64,000 nt of DNA from NCBI GenBank assembly GCA_963708045.1, contig OY970181.1, positions 643,740-707,739 of the forward strand. Direction: 5' to 3'. The notes beneath the pieces are model-generated. The model ran no database searches, was not told where the DNA came from, and was given only the letters and a program-made list of their open reading frames with translations. Positions 27,615 through 38,284 of the stretch are shown here, piece by piece. The stretch's first letter is position 1. The number at the start of each line of letters is the position of its first letter. This stretch comes from an uncultured bacterium. Lineage in GTDB: Bacteria > Patescibacteriota > Patescibacteriia > CAIQCM01. Made by a program: the position numbers and the translations under genes.

Positions 27615-29129
27615 ATGAAACAAAAAATAAAACCCTTTGTCCTTGTTGTTTTAGATGGCTGGGGACATCGTTTGGAAAAAGAGTTTAATGGAATTTTTGA
27701 AGCGCAAACGCCGGTAATGGATCGCCTACTTCGCGAATATCCGCATTCGGTTTTGGACGCGTCAGCCGAAAGCGTCGGATTGCCCGAGGGTCAAATGGGT
27801 AACTCCGAAATTGGGCATATGACGATCGGTGCCGGAAAAGTTATTGATACCGACCTAGTGAAGATCGGTAAGGCGATAAAAACCGGCGAGTTTAAAAACA
27901 ATCCCGAATTTGGCGCGCTTTTTTCGCATGTTAAAAAATTTGGAAGCACCCTGCACGTTATGGGTTTGCTTTCGCCAGGCGGCGTGCATAGCCATAATCA
28001 ACATCTTTATGAATTTTTAAAAGCGGCCAAGGCGGCGGACGTTTCGCGTGTCGCGATTCACGCGATTACCGATGGTCGCGATGTGGCGCCGCAAAGTGCC
28101 GTGGAATATCTAACGGAACTGGAAGCGGTGATGGCCGAAGTCGGAATCGGTTTTATCGCCACTTGTTCGGGCAGGTTTTTTGCAATGGATCGGGATAAAA
28201 ATTGGGATCGCTTAAAGCGTGCTGAAGACGCGATGTTTAATTGTTTGGCCAAAGTTTGTACCAAGGAAAAACCGTCGGCAACCGTCGCGCGCCTGCATAA
28301 AGACGGTTTTGTTGACGAACATCTGGAGCCAGTGGTATTTTTGGATGAAAATGGCCAGAGTTATCCGGTTGCCGAAAACGACGGTATTTTTATTTTTAAT
28401 TATCGTGCTGACCGCGCGCGAATGATCGCTGGACGCTTGGCCGATGAGTCAAAAAGTAAAAATCTTTTTCTCGTGACGATGACCGAATACGATAAGACGA
28501 TAAATTGCCGCGTTGCCTTTCCGCCGAGTTCAATAGAAACTACTTTGGCTGCGGAAATTTCTAAGCACGGCTTAACGCAAGCCCATATCGCGGAAACGGA
28601 AAAGTACGCTCACGCGACTTACTTTTTAAACGGGGGAGTAGAAACACCGCATCAAGGCGAAGAATTTGTTTTGGTGGAAAGTCGTAAAGATGTGGCCACG
28701 CACGACCTCGCGCCAGAAATGCGCGCGCGTGAGGTTGCCGATAAAGCGCTTGAAAAAATTAACGCGGGGACGGATTTTCTCTTTATCAATTTTGCCAATG
28801 CTGATATGGTTGGCCACACTGCCGTACCAAAAGCAATCCTTGTTGCTGTAGAAACAGCTGATCGCGAACTTGGGCGGGTGGTTGATGCGGTTTTAGAAAA
28901 AGGCGGCGCGGTTTTTATAACCGCCGATCATGGCAATGCCGAACATTATTTTGACGCCGCAAAAAATGAAAAAATAACTTCGCACACGATGAATTTGGTG
29001 CCGGCAATTTTGACGATCAAAGACGCGGAATTAAAAAACGGTTCGCTCGCCGACGTCGCGCCAACAGTTCTTTCGGCAATGGGCTTGCCCGTGCCGCCCG
29101 CAATGACTGGCCACAACCTTGTTAAATAA
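27615..29129 (+). CDS. gpmI: 2,3-bisphosphoglycerate-independent phosphoglycerate mutase
   Basis: 'VVLDGWGHR', 'GNSEIGHMTIGAGKV', 'TADHGNAE'; 504 aa. Confidence 0.9.
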   Translation: MKQKIKPFVLVVLDGWGHRLEKEFNGIFEAQTPVMDRLLREYPHSVLDASAESVGLPEGQMGNSEIGHMTIGAGKVIDTDLVKIGKAIKTGEFKNNPEFGALFSHVKKFGSTLHVMGLLSPGGVHSHNQHLYEFLKAAKAADVSRVAIHAITDGRDVAPQSAVEYLTELEAVMAEVGIGFIATCSGRFFAMDRDKNWDRLKRAEDAMFNCLAKVCTKEKPSATVARLHKDGFVDEHLEPVVFLDENGQSYPVAENDGIFIFNYRADRARMIAGRLADESKSKNLFLVTMTEYDKTINCRVAFPPSSIETTLAAEISKHGLTQAHIAETEKYAHATYFLNGGVETPHQGEEFVLVESRKDVATHDLAPEMRAREVADKALEKINAGTDFLFINFANADMVGHTAVPKAILVAVETADRELGRVVDAVLEKGGAVFITADHGNAEHYFDAAKNEKITSHTMNLVPAILTIKDAELKNGSLADVAPTVLSAMGLPVPPAMTGHNLVK

Positions 29130-29206
29130 CTTTTAGCTTTTAACTTTTAACTGTTAGTCCCACTTCTCGCTCCTAAAAGTTAACAGTTAATAGTTAAAAG
29201 TTTATA

Positions 29207-30961
29207 TTAGGCAACAAATCCTCCGGCTTGGATTTGCCAGAATTTTTTGTAAACCCCGCCGCGTTTTTTAAGAAGTGATGCGTGCGTGCCCTCATCAATC
29301 ATTTGGCCGTTTTCCATCACAATAATTCTATCCATCTTGGCGATTGTGGATAGGCGATGGGCGATCACAATAACAGTTTTTTCGCGCATTAATTCGGCCA
29401 GCGCTTGTTGGATTAGCATTTCCGACTCGGAGTCCAGCGACGAGGTAGCTTCGTCCAAAACCAGAATGGGCGCGTTTCTAAGAATGGCGCGCGCGATTGC
29501 AACCCGTTGGCGTTCGCCGCCCGAAAGTTTCACCCCGCGTTCGCCGACAAAGGTATTGTATCCGTCGGGAAGGCTCACGATAAATTCGTGGCAGTGCGCT
29601 TTTTTGGCCGCTTCCATAACCTCTTTGTCGGTGGCATTAAATTTTCCATAACGAATATTTTCCATCAGCGAACGGTGAAAGAGCATTGGATCTTGGGGGA
29701 CCAGGCTTAAGATATTATGCAAACTTTCTTGCGTGGCTTTGGCAATATCTTGTCCGTCTATTAAAATTTTTCCTTCGGTCACGTCAAAAAATCTAAAGAG
29801 TAATTTAACAACGGTGGATTTGCCAGCGCCGCTTGATCCGACGAGGGCGATTTTTTCATGCGGTTTTATTTTTAACAAAAAGTCTTTAAGGACAGTGCGT
29901 GTTTCGTTGTAGTTAAAACCGACCTTGTCAAAAATAATTTCTCCGTTGTTTGCAGAAATATTTTTTGCGTCAGGTGCGTCCCGAACTTCGTATGGCGTGT
30001 TTAAGATATCGGTCATTTCTTCGGCATCCGAAGTTGCTTCTAGCCAGTCACGAAGCACTTGGCCGATGTTCATAATGGCGCTAGAAAGTTGAACAATAAT
30101 GATTTGAATCATAGCAAAATCGCCAACCGTAAAGCGGCCTTGTTTCCATCCTGAGACCAAATAAAAAAGGGTGACGGTTTCAATGGCGATGACAAAAATA
30201 TCTTGCGATCGCCAAGACATAAATTGCGCCCACCAAACTTTTGTTCTGGCGATGGCAAGATCATTCAAAATTTTGTCAAACAAGTTGATTTCGTGGGTGC
30301 TACCATTAAAGAGTTTGATGTTGTTGGAATTAATTATCGCGTCCGAAAGCGCGCCGGTTGCCTTAGAGTCAAGGGCAGTACGTTTTTTTCGGATCAAGTG
30401 AAGGCTTTTTGAATGAAGCAGGTTGTAGACAAAAATGATTCCGACCCAAAGCAGAAAAACACCGGCAAGGAGCGGGCTTTTTCCGCCGATTAAAATAACG
30501 GCAATCGTCGTCGCGGCAAGAAGCTGGAGAACGCTATAAAGGAGAATACTCATTATTACCGTGTATGAATTGGCTGTGCGCTGAATTTTTTTTACGAGCG
30601 AACCGGAAAAATTATTCGTAAAAAAACGATAAGAGTGTTTCTCGGTTGCTTGATAGAGCGTTGATGTAAGCGAACCAATTGCCCGCGGCGTTGTAATTGA
30701 TTCTATACCCCCCGAGACAGTTCTAAAGATTATTCTTCCTAGGTAGATGAGACAAAGGAAGACGATTAGTTTAGTAAGCTCGGGTGCGCCCTTGATAATT
30801 TCTCCAACGCTAATGATATTAATAAAGCGCTGGTAAATTAACGGAACTAGTGAGTTAAAAGAAAGTGAAATAATGGCGGCTAAGAAAATAAAAAAATACT
30901 GCCAGCCGAATTTCTTTACGGTGTTCCAAAAAAGGCTGTAAACGGTAATACTTTTTGTCGC
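29207..30961 (-). CDS. ABC exporter permease/ATPase (canonical NBD), tandem paralogue
   Basis: 6-TM domain; 'GSSGAGKST', '[16 protein letters not shown]', 'LVLDEATSSLD', 'IAHRL'; start set at 'MATKSITVY' 7 nt after the upstream gene's TAA. Confidence 0.85.
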   Translation of the reverse strand, partial: ATKSITVYSLFWNTVKKFGWQYFFIFLAAIISLSFNSLVPLIYQRFINIISVGEIIKGAPELTKLIVFLCLIYLGRIIFRTVSGGIESITTPRAIGSLTSTLYQATEKHSYRFFTNNFSGSLVKKIQRTANSYTVIMSILLYSVLQLLAATTIAVILIGGKSPLLAGVFLLWVGIIFVYNLLHSKSLHLIRKKRTALDSKATGALSDAIINSNNIKLFNGSTHEINLFDKILNDLAIARTKVWWAQFMSWRSQDIFVIAIETVTLFYLVSGWKQGRFTVGDFAMIQIIIVQLSSAIMNIGQVLRDWLEATSDAEEMTDILNTPYEVRDAPDAKNISANNGEIIFDKVGFNYNETRTVLKDFLLKIKPHEKIALVGSSGAGKSTVVKLLFRFFDVTEGKILIDGQDIAKATQESLHNILSLVPQDPMLFHRSLMENIRYGKFNATDKEVMEAAKKAHCHEFIVSLPDGYNTFVGERGVKLSGGERQRVAIARAILRNAPILVLDEATSSLDSESEMLIQQALAELMREKTVIVIAHRLSTIAKMDRIIVMENGQMIDEGTHASLLKKRGGVYKKFWQIQAGGFVA

Positions 30962-30971
30962 CATAAAATAT

Positions 30972-32726
30972 TTAAGCAATAAAGCCGCCGGCCTGAATGT
31001 CCCAAAGTTTTTTATAAGTCCCGACACGCCCCAGTAGTTCTTGATGTGTTCCGGCGTCAATAATTTTTCCGTTTTCAACAATGGCGATTTGGTCCATTTC
31101 CATTATCGTGGACAGGCGGTGGGCGATTACAATAACGGTTTTGTCTTTCATTAATTTTTTTAAAGCATCGTGAATCAGCATTTCTGACTCGGAGTCCAAC
31201 GATGAGGTGGCTTCGTCCAAAACAAGAATCGGCGCGTTTTTAAGAATCGCGCGGGCGATCGCGACCCGTTGGCGTTCACCGCCAGAAAGTTTCACCCCGC
31301 GTTCGCCGACAAACGTATTATATCCTTCGGGAAGACTAATAATAAATTCGTGGCAATGCGCTTTTTTGGCAGCGGCGATAACTTCTTTGTCCGACGCGTC
31401 ACGTCGCCCATAGCGGATGTTGTCCATGATTGATCGGTGAAAGAGAAGGGGGTCTTGAGGAACCATACTAATCGCATCGCGCAAACTATCTTGGGTGGCT
31501 TTGGCAATATTTTGTCCATCAATTTTTATCTCACCAGAAGCAAGGTCATAAAAACGGAAAAGCAATTTAATTATTGTTGACTTGCCGGCGCCGCTTGATC
31601 CGACAAAGGCGATTTTTTCATGCGGTTTTATTTTTAATGAAAAGTCTTTAAGTACGTTGCGCGTTTCGTTGTAGTTAAAACCGACTTTGTCAAAGAAAAT
31701 TTCGCCAGAAGAAACTGATAATTTTTTTGCTTTTGGCGCATTGGTTATTTCGTGCGGCGTTTCCAAAATCTCCACCATTTCTTTGGCATCGGAAACCGAA
31801 TCGTTTAAGCGACGGATTACTTGGTTAATACCCCAAAGATTATCAAAGAGCGCTATAAGCAAAGCTTGCAAAAGAACAAAATCGCCAATTGTAAGAATGC
31901 CTTTTGACCAAAAAATCATCGCATAATATAAGACTGTCATTTCAATCGCGACGTTAAGCAAAAATTGGCAGGCAAACATTATGTCGTATGAGTTCCAGCG
32001 AAAACGGCGAAGCAATCTAATTTGTTCGGTTAGTTTTCCAAGAATTGATTTTTCATATTCAGCGCCGGAAAACAGTGCAATATTGTTACTGTTAGTAACC
32101 GCATCAGAAAGCGCACCGGAAATTTCGGAATCAAGCTTAGTACTCCGTTCGTTGTATTTCGCGATCCAGCGGGCGTAGATAAGCCCGCTTAGCAGATAAA
32201 GAATAATCCAAACCGAAATAATTGCCGCAAGAAACGGACTTCGGTTAAAAGAAATAATAATTGTTCCAGTAATGCTTACAAGTAGTGGAATAATTTGAAA
32301 TTTAATGGCGTCGCTTATGTCTTCGTATGATTGTGCGAGGCGAGTAATTTTGCGAATAAGCGAGCCGGAAAAAACATTAGAAAAAAATTTATATGAGTGG
32401 CCGATAGTATAGGCAAAAGATTGGTTAACGATATTGCTCATTATGCGACTATCCAAATGATTGGCAATAAAATTGGCGACCCTAAAGATGAGCACTCTTG
32501 AAACCGCCAAACCGGCGATAATTAACAAAAATTTTATCAAAGTTTGGACGACTATGGTTCTGTCGTCGGGAGCCGTGCTCATGGCGTCAAAAAAACGTTT
32601 ATAAAAAATTGGCGTGATGATCCATTGAACATTGGCGGCAAAAAAACAAAATATAGATATCGCCGTAAGTAAGCGGTATCTGCGTAAATAACCCCAATAA
32701 GTTTGAAAAACTTTTTTACCGGTCAT
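30972..32726 (-). CDS. ABC exporter permease/ATPase (canonical NBD), tandem paralogue
   Basis: NBD nearly identical to the downstream paralogue ('[48 protein letters not shown]'). Confidence 0.85.
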   Translation of the reverse strand: MTGKKVFQTYWGYLRRYRLLTAISIFCFFAANVQWIITPIFYKRFFDAMSTAPDDRTIVVQTLIKFLLIIAGLAVSRVLIFRVANFIANHLDSRIMSNIVNQSFAYTIGHSYKFFSNVFSGSLIRKITRLAQSYEDISDAIKFQIIPLLVSITGTIIISFNRSPFLAAIISVWIILYLLSGLIYARWIAKYNERSTKLDSEISGALSDAVTNSNNIALFSGAEYEKSILGKLTEQIRLLRRFRWNSYDIMFACQFLLNVAIEMTVLYYAMIFWSKGILTIGDFVLLQALLIALFDNLWGINQVIRRLNDSVSDAKEMVEILETPHEITNAPKAKKLSVSSGEIFFDKVGFNYNETRNVLKDFSLKIKPHEKIAFVGSSGAGKSTIIKLLFRFYDLASGEIKIDGQNIAKATQDSLRDAISMVPQDPLLFHRSIMDNIRYGRRDASDKEVIAAAKKAHCHEFIISLPEGYNTFVGERGVKLSGGERQRVAIARAILKNAPILVLDEATSSLDSESEMLIHDALKKLMKDKTVIVIAHRLSTIMEMDQIAIVENGKIIDAGTHQELLGRVGTYKKLWDIQAGGFIA

Positions 32727-32728
32727 AA

Positions 32729-33511
32729 TTATTTTTTCTCGGCAATAATAACGCTTGGCACCTGAACAATGCTGTTTATTGTTTCAATTGATTTGGGAAT
32801 TATGGAGGCGAGACCGGATGATGGTCCGCCGTCCAAATTAAGAACGTTGTTCCACGGAACGCCGATTTTATTAATCATCGCCGCGGCTTCGGCAAGGGTA
32901 ACCTCATTGTCTGGAATTATACCAAAATAAATGTTTCCTTGCGTGTCTTCGCCCACAAACGAGCGGCGCGCCTTTTTTTCGGTCGCGACTTTTTGCTCCA
33001 CGCCCGCGGCGATAAGTAGGGGATAGCTTTGGCCGGCTTCGGATATTTTTGCTTCGTCAAATTTTTCTTGAGCGGTGTTGATAATTTTAAACTCTGGCGC
33101 GAGCGCCAAAACGGCGGATTTATTTAATTCATATTTATTCTTGCCAACAATTTGTCCGTTTGTTTTAAGAAAGCCAGTTGGCAGATACTTTTCGTTAAAG
33201 TAAACGCCGTTAATAGCAAAAACGGCCTTGGGATTGGCGTTAAGGTGTCCAAGAACGGTAAGCGGTGCAGAAGTATTTTCAAAACGCCAAACAAAGCCGT
33301 CTTTAGGAAAACGATAAACAATCATTTTGACCAAACATTCTGGTTCGGCGCATTCAAAACGCACGGTGCCAAGACTGGTTTTTTCCCAGACAGCTTTGGA
33401 AACCGGCGGTTTTTCTTGTTTGTCCTTTGTCGTATTTTGTGACGTGCAGCCACTGCCTAGGAGGATTATTGCTGAAATAATCAAAATTTTTTGTATTTTC
33501 ATACAAATCAT
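32729..33511 (-). CDS. lipoprotein of the phosphodiester glycosidase (NAGPA/DUF2233-like) family
   Basis: Lipobox 'LLGSGC'; 'AINGVYFNEKYLPTGFLKTNGQIVG' and 'LNLDGGPSSGL'. Confidence 0.55.
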   Translation of the reverse strand: MICMKIQKILIISAIILLGSGCTSQNTTKDKQEKPPVSKAVWEKTSLGTVRFECAEPECLVKMIVYRFPKDGFVWRFENTSAPLTVLGHLNANPKAVFAINGVYFNEKYLPTGFLKTNGQIVGKNKYELNKSAVLALAPEFKIINTAQEKFDEAKISEAGQSYPLLIAAGVEQKVATEKKARRSFVGEDTQGNIYFGIIPDNEVTLAEAAAMINKIGVPWNNVLNLDGGPSSGLASIIPKSIETINSIVQVPSVIIAEKK

Positions 33512-33575
33512 TTTATCAGAAAGTTGATTAAATTAGTATTCCGTGCTATAATTTCTTAGTAAAATTGAATTTTCT

Positions 33576-35138
33576 ATGAAAAAAAGAATTATCATCGGAA
33601 TTATTATCGCCGTAGTCGCCACGCTCGGCGTCATAATTTTTTATCCTAAAAAAAGCGCGCCGCAGGCAACGATCAAAGTTACGCGCGGCTCCATTGTTGA
33701 AGCGGTAACGGTAACGGGCGCGACCAAGGCGTCGTCCAGTGTTGAACTGTCTTTTGAAACAACGGGACGGGTTACCAATGTTTATGCCAAAGTGGCCGAC
33801 AAAGTTAAAGCTGGTCAGGCGCTCGTCGCGATAGACAAAAGCTCACTTTTGGCGGATCTTGCTCAAGCACAAGCAGGATTGGATTCGGCCAAAGCAAGAT
33901 TGGACGAGCTTAAAAAGGGGACACGCCCCGAAGAAATCGCGATTAGCGAAGCGTCTGTTGCTAACGCACGCGTGGCCTTAACGAGTTCGCGTCTGACGCT
34001 TTTGGACGCGATTAATAACGCCTTTACCGCGGCCGATGATGCTGGAAGAAATAAAACCGATTCTGTTTTTAAAAATCCAGCCAGTTCAAATCCTAAACTG
34101 ATTTTCACCTCGTCAAACGAACAATATGCGCCCGATCTTGAAGGTAAGAAAGTTTCAATGGTGCAAAATCTTGTTTCGTGGAGAAGTCATATTGATGCAA
34201 TCACGAACCAGAGCGATATTTTGGCCGCCTCCGACGAAGCGCAAACTCGCTTAGACGAAGTAAAAAGTTTTTTAAATGAATTATCACTTGCACTTAATAC
34301 TGCCATTATTACTTTTGACGTAACGCAGGAAACCATAGATGCCTGGAAGGCGAGTACGGCAACCGCACGCGCTGGGTTAAATACAGCGACAAGTAGTCTT
34401 TCTGGGGCGGCGTCGGGAATGCGTGGAACTGCGGCCGCTCTTTCTATTGAAGAAGGTAATTTGGCTCTAAAGAAAGCTGGAAGTACGGCTGAACAAATTT
34501 CTGCACAGGCGGCGGTCGTGGCACAGGCGGCGGCAAACGTTGATTCGGTAAATGTTCGTTTAAACAAAACAGTTTTGCGTTCGCCGATTGACGGGGTTGT
34601 TACGCGCCAAGACGCCAAACTCGGCCAGATCGTTACAGTTTCCACTTCTGGCGTGTCAAACTCTGGCCTTGTTTCAATCAGCTCGCCGAATAATTTAGAA
34701 ATTGAGGCTAACATTCCCGAAACGCAAATCGGAAGAATTTTAATCGGCGAAGACGTTGACATTGCTTTTGATGCCTTTCAAGGAAAAGGTTTTAAGGGAA
34801 AGGTTATAAAAATTAACCCAGCGGAAACAATAATTGACGGTGTGGTTAATTACAAAATAACTATTGGTTTTGTTAAGGACGAAGACGTTAGTTTGTTAAA
34901 GAGCGGACTCACTGCTAATTTAACCATTAAGATCGTGACTAAGAACGACATTCTGCTTTTGCCGCAATACGCTATTTTGCAAAACGATGCTGGGGTTTTT
35001 ATCCGCATACCCGATGGCAAAGGCGGTACAACCGATCGCCCGATTGTAACTGGAAGCCGCGATCAAAACGGAATGGTGGAAATAATCTCTGGCGCGACCG
35101 AGGGGGAAGAGGTAATTAATGTCGGATTTAAATCATAA
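33576..35138 (+). CDS. HlyD/MacA-type periplasmic adaptor with long coiled coil
   Basis: N-terminal TM; biotinyl-lipoyl-like 'KVKAGQALVAID'; long alpha-helical insert; C-terminal beta-barrel segment. Confidence 0.75.
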   Translation: MKKRIIIGIIIAVVATLGVIIFYPKKSAPQATIKVTRGSIVEAVTVTGATKASSSVELSFETTGRVTNVYAKVADKVKAGQALVAIDKSSLLADLAQAQAGLDSAKARLDELKKGTRPEEIAISEASVANARVALTSSRLTLLDAINNAFTAADDAGRNKTDSVFKNPASSNPKLIFTSSNEQYAPDLEGKKVSMVQNLVSWRSHIDAITNQSDILAASDEAQTRLDEVKSFLNELSLALNTAIITFDVTQETIDAWKASTATARAGLNTATSSLSGAASGMRGTAAALSIEEGNLALKKAGSTAEQISAQAAVVAQAAANVDSVNVRLNKTVLRSPIDGVVTRQDAKLGQIVTVSTSGVSNSGLVSISSPNNLEIEANIPETQIGRILIGEDVDIAFDAFQGKGFKGKVIKINPAETIIDGVVNYKITIGFVKDEDVSLLKSGLTANLTIKIVTKNDILLLPQYAILQNDAGVFIRIPDGKGGTTDRPIVTGSRDQNGMVEIISGATEGEEVINVGFKS

Positions 35139-35141
35139 ACA

Positions 35142-35855
35142 ATGATTAGCGTCGGCAAACTAATAAAAAATTATTCCGATGACGGCGTTACCACGGCGGC
35201 TCTTCAAGGCGTCAGTTTTGAAATAAACGACGGCGAATTTGTTGCAATAATGGGGCCGTCGGGTTCGGGCAAATCAACACTTTTGAATATTTTAAGTTTT
35301 CTTGATCGCCCAAGTTCCGGTAATTACACTTTTAACGGTAAGAAAATTGACGAGCTTTCCGACAAAGAACTGGCGCGGGTCAGGAATAAGCAAATGGGTT
35401 TTATTTTTCAATCGTTTAATCTCTTAAGTCGTTCTACGGTTTATGAGAACGTGGAAATTCCTTTGCTTTACGAACCCGATGTGCCGGTTGGAAAAAGAAA
35501 AGAGTTGGTGGAGAAAGCTGTAGCCTCGGTTGGGCTTGCCGAAAAATTAAATGTTGAGGCGGGTAAACTTTCCGGCGGCCAAAAACAGCGCGTGGCAATC
35601 GCGCGGGCGCTCGTAAATAATCCGTCAGTTATTTTTGCCGATGAACCGACAGGTAACCTTGATTCGGCTTCGGGCGCGCAGGTAATGGAGATTTTGTCCA
35701 ACTTGCACCACGCTGGGCGAACGATTATTTTGGTTACGCACGAAACTTATACTTCAGAATTTGCGCACCGTCTCATTCGTTTAAAAGATGGACACCTAGA
35801 AGCCGATGCACCGATAAAAAACCACCGTGACGGCAAGGATAACTTTATTAAATAA
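35142..35855 (+). CDS. ABC ATP-binding protein (MacB/LolD type)
   Basis: 'GPSGSGKST', '[15 protein letters not shown]', '[11 protein letters not shown]', 'VTHE'. Confidence 0.9.
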   Translation: MISVGKLIKNYSDDGVTTAALQGVSFEINDGEFVAIMGPSGSGKSTLLNILSFLDRPSSGNYTFNGKKIDELSDKELARVRNKQMGFIFQSFNLLSRSTVYENVEIPLLYEPDVPVGKRKELVEKAVASVGLAEKLNVEAGKLSGGQKQRVAIARALVNNPSVIFADEPTGNLDSASGAQVMEILSNLHHAGRTIILVTHETYTSEFAHRLIRLKDGHLEADAPIKNHRDGKDNFIK

Positions 35856-35861
35856 ATATTT

Positions 35862-37106
35862 ATGAAAGCGTCTGATTCGTTGGTTATCGCTTGGAGGGGA
35901 GTTAAGCACGCCGGAATGCGGTCGTTTTTGACAATGCTTGGTATTATCATTGGCATTTCCTCGGTCATTCTGCTTATGTCCATTGGCCAATCGTCACAAG
36001 ACTATATTCTTGGCCAAGTTGAGGGGATTGGTTCAAATTTAATTTTCGTTACGCCAAATGCGCCTTCCAAAGGCTCTAAATTTGCACCGCCCTCGGCGGC
36101 TTTTGGCGTGGTTATTAAAACATTAAAAGATCAGGATCTTGAAGCGTTACGGCGCGAGCCTTCTATTGATAAGGTTGGTGTGGAAAACCACGGCCAAGCT
36201 CGCGCTGTTTATAATGATATTGACCAGACGGTAACATATACCGGCGTGAATTTTGATTATACACAGGCAGTTAATTTGCCGACCGGTCGCGGAGTTTGGT
36301 TTAGCGCGGCCGATGTTGAAGATCTTAATCACGTGGCGGTTATCGGCCCACAGGTGGCCAAGGATTTTTTTGGGGAGGTTGATCCGCTTGGCAAAGCGCT
36401 ACGTATTAAAAATATTTCTTTTCAAGTTGTTGGAATTTTAGAAAACAAAGGATCGTTTCTTGGCGCCAACATAGACAGTATGGTTTTCTTGCCGTCAACG
36501 GTCGTAAACAAACAGCTTTTGGGTATTGATTATTACGGCGGCTTCGTCGTCAGCGCCAAAAGCGATTACAACATAGACTTTGTAAAAGGGCGGATTACTA
36601 GCATCCTGCGTTCTAACCACTTTATTATCGATCCGAACAAGGATGATTTTATGATGAATACGCAGGAAGAAGTGTTATCAATTTTGGGCAATATTACTTT
36701 GATAATGTCGGTTTTCTTAACGGCGATTGCCGCGATTTCGCTCGTCGTGGGCGGTATTGGAATTATGAATATTATGTTGGTTTCGGTTGTGGAACGCACC
36801 AAAGAGATTGGTTTGCGCAAGGCGATTGGCGCGTCCAATAACGACATTATGGCGCAATTTTTGTGGGAGTCGGTAATGTTAACGTTTTTCGGCGGCGCGA
36901 TTGGCGTTGCTTTGGGTGCGGGAACGAGTTTTCTTGCTTACTTGGCTGTTAATAAGTGGGGCGGAATCGTTTGGACGTTTGCACTCCCGCTTAACTCCGT
37001 GCTTTTGGCGGTGGCTGTTTCTTCGTTTATCGGCCTTGTTTTTGGAATTTATCCGGCACGCCAGGCGGCGCGAAAAAATCCGATTGATTCCTTACGCTAC
37101 GAATAA
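35862..37106 (+). CDS. FtsX-like ABC permease (MacB-type)
   Basis: TM1, then a large periplasmic domain, then 3 C-terminal TM helices; 'IMNIMLVSVVERTKEIGLRKAIGA'. Confidence 0.85.
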   Translation: MKASDSLVIAWRGVKHAGMRSFLTMLGIIIGISSVILLMSIGQSSQDYILGQVEGIGSNLIFVTPNAPSKGSKFAPPSAAFGVVIKTLKDQDLEALRREPSIDKVGVENHGQARAVYNDIDQTVTYTGVNFDYTQAVNLPTGRGVWFSAADVEDLNHVAVIGPQVAKDFFGEVDPLGKALRIKNISFQVVGILENKGSFLGANIDSMVFLPSTVVNKQLLGIDYYGGFVVSAKSDYNIDFVKGRITSILRSNHFIIDPNKDDFMMNTQEEVLSILGNITLIMSVFLTAIAAISLVVGGIGIMNIMLVSVVERTKEIGLRKAIGASNNDIMAQFLWESVMLTFFGGAIGVALGAGTSFLAYLAVNKWGGIVWTFALPLNSVLLAVAVSSFIGLVFGIYPARQAARKNPIDSLRYE

Positions 37107-37216
37107 TTTTTTTGACCAATCTTGACCAGAATTTATTTTAGAAGTAATATTCCGACTTCATCTCTAGGGGTGAAGTTTTTTGTACCGTGAAAATTTAGCC
37201 GATAAGGGAGGACACA

Positions 37217-38275
37217 ATGGAAAGAATTGTTGAAGAACTGATCGCGTTAAATGACGGCAGTTCGTTAATGTTTTGCGATGCGGGCGTGCGGGCGCAACGG
37301 ATGCGTTTTCGCGCCAAATATAAAATTCGTACGGTTTGCTTTAAGTGTGGCGACGGACGAATTAACCTGGCGCATATTACCAAAACTCCGCTGGGATTAA
37401 TTTTCCCTTTCCGGAACATCGGCGGCGTTTTTGATATGGGCTGGCCAGCGCTCGCCGAACGAGTCTGTGGAATTGTTCAAAATTCAATTGACGATGGTCG
37501 CTCAAATCTTTTTGTTGTCACCTATCATTTTTCTAAGGGCGATGTTCATCGCGGTTGTCGCGGGATGGGCTATGATAAACAAAAAGGAGTTGATAACGCC
37601 GCTCGTTTCGTTCGTCAACTAGAAGAAGTTTTTGGCTCTGGGCACGAGCAAGTTGACGTGGTGATGGTTGGAATAGAGACGGATGAAGACCTTTTAATCT
37701 TGCACGACCGGAGCGGGGCGAGGGCAATTGCGACGACGGAGGTTATGAAAGACGGCAAAGAATCGGCTGTTTCAATCATTCGTGAGTTGTATCCGGATAT
37801 GGCACCGGAAATGGTGAACTACTTTCTTCATTTGGTTGAGGGGAACGTCGCGCACGTAGAAGAGTTGCGGAAAAATCCGCGCCCGCCCGTGTCGCTTAGT
37901 CATACCGAACGCGTGCTGGCACTTGGGCAGGGTTTTGACTGGTTGCATTCGCCTAATTTCGCCGTCATTGTCAATTACTTTGATCCGATGTTGGACGACG
38001 CGGTTGGTACCGGCGCTGGCATCATCATTAATAATCGCGACGAGGGAAGGATACCTAACGACAATGCCTTGCTGGTTGCGTCAATTGGTTATCGCGAGCA
38101 AGGATTTCAATACAACGCCGCCAAAGCACAAGCTTTTTATTTGGCAAGGTTGGGAATGGAATCTGTTCGTAAGTTTCATCCAGGGAACGAAGGGTTTTTT
38201 CATTCAGTTGTCGGTGTTGTTGATATGTATCGGCGGAAATTGGAAATTCTTCGGGTCAACGGCTTATCGGTTTAG
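37217..38275 (+). CDS. hypothetical cytoplasmic protein with beta-carbonic-anhydrase-like CxDxR...HxxC signature
   Basis: 'KCGDGR' (C44-x-D46-x-R48) and 'HRGC' (H111, C114) spaced like beta-CA zinc ligands; GGGAGG RBS; strong terminator follows. Confidence 0.4.
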   Translation: MERIVEELIALNDGSSLMFCDAGVRAQRMRFRAKYKIRTVCFKCGDGRINLAHITKTPLGLIFPFRNIGGVFDMGWPALAERVCGIVQNSIDDGRSNLFVVTYHFSKGDVHRGCRGMGYDKQKGVDNAARFVRQLEEVFGSGHEQVDVVMVGIETDEDLLILHDRSGARAIATTEVMKDGKESAVSIIRELYPDMAPEMVNYFLHLVEGNVAHVEELRKNPRPPVSLSHTERVLALGQGFDWLHSPNFAVIVNYFDPMLDDAVGTGAGIIINNRDEGRIPNDNALLVASIGYREQGFQYNAAKAQAFYLARLGMESVRKFHPGNEGFFHSVVGVVDMYRRKLEILRVNGLSV

Positions 38276-38284
38276 TTCGCGTTT

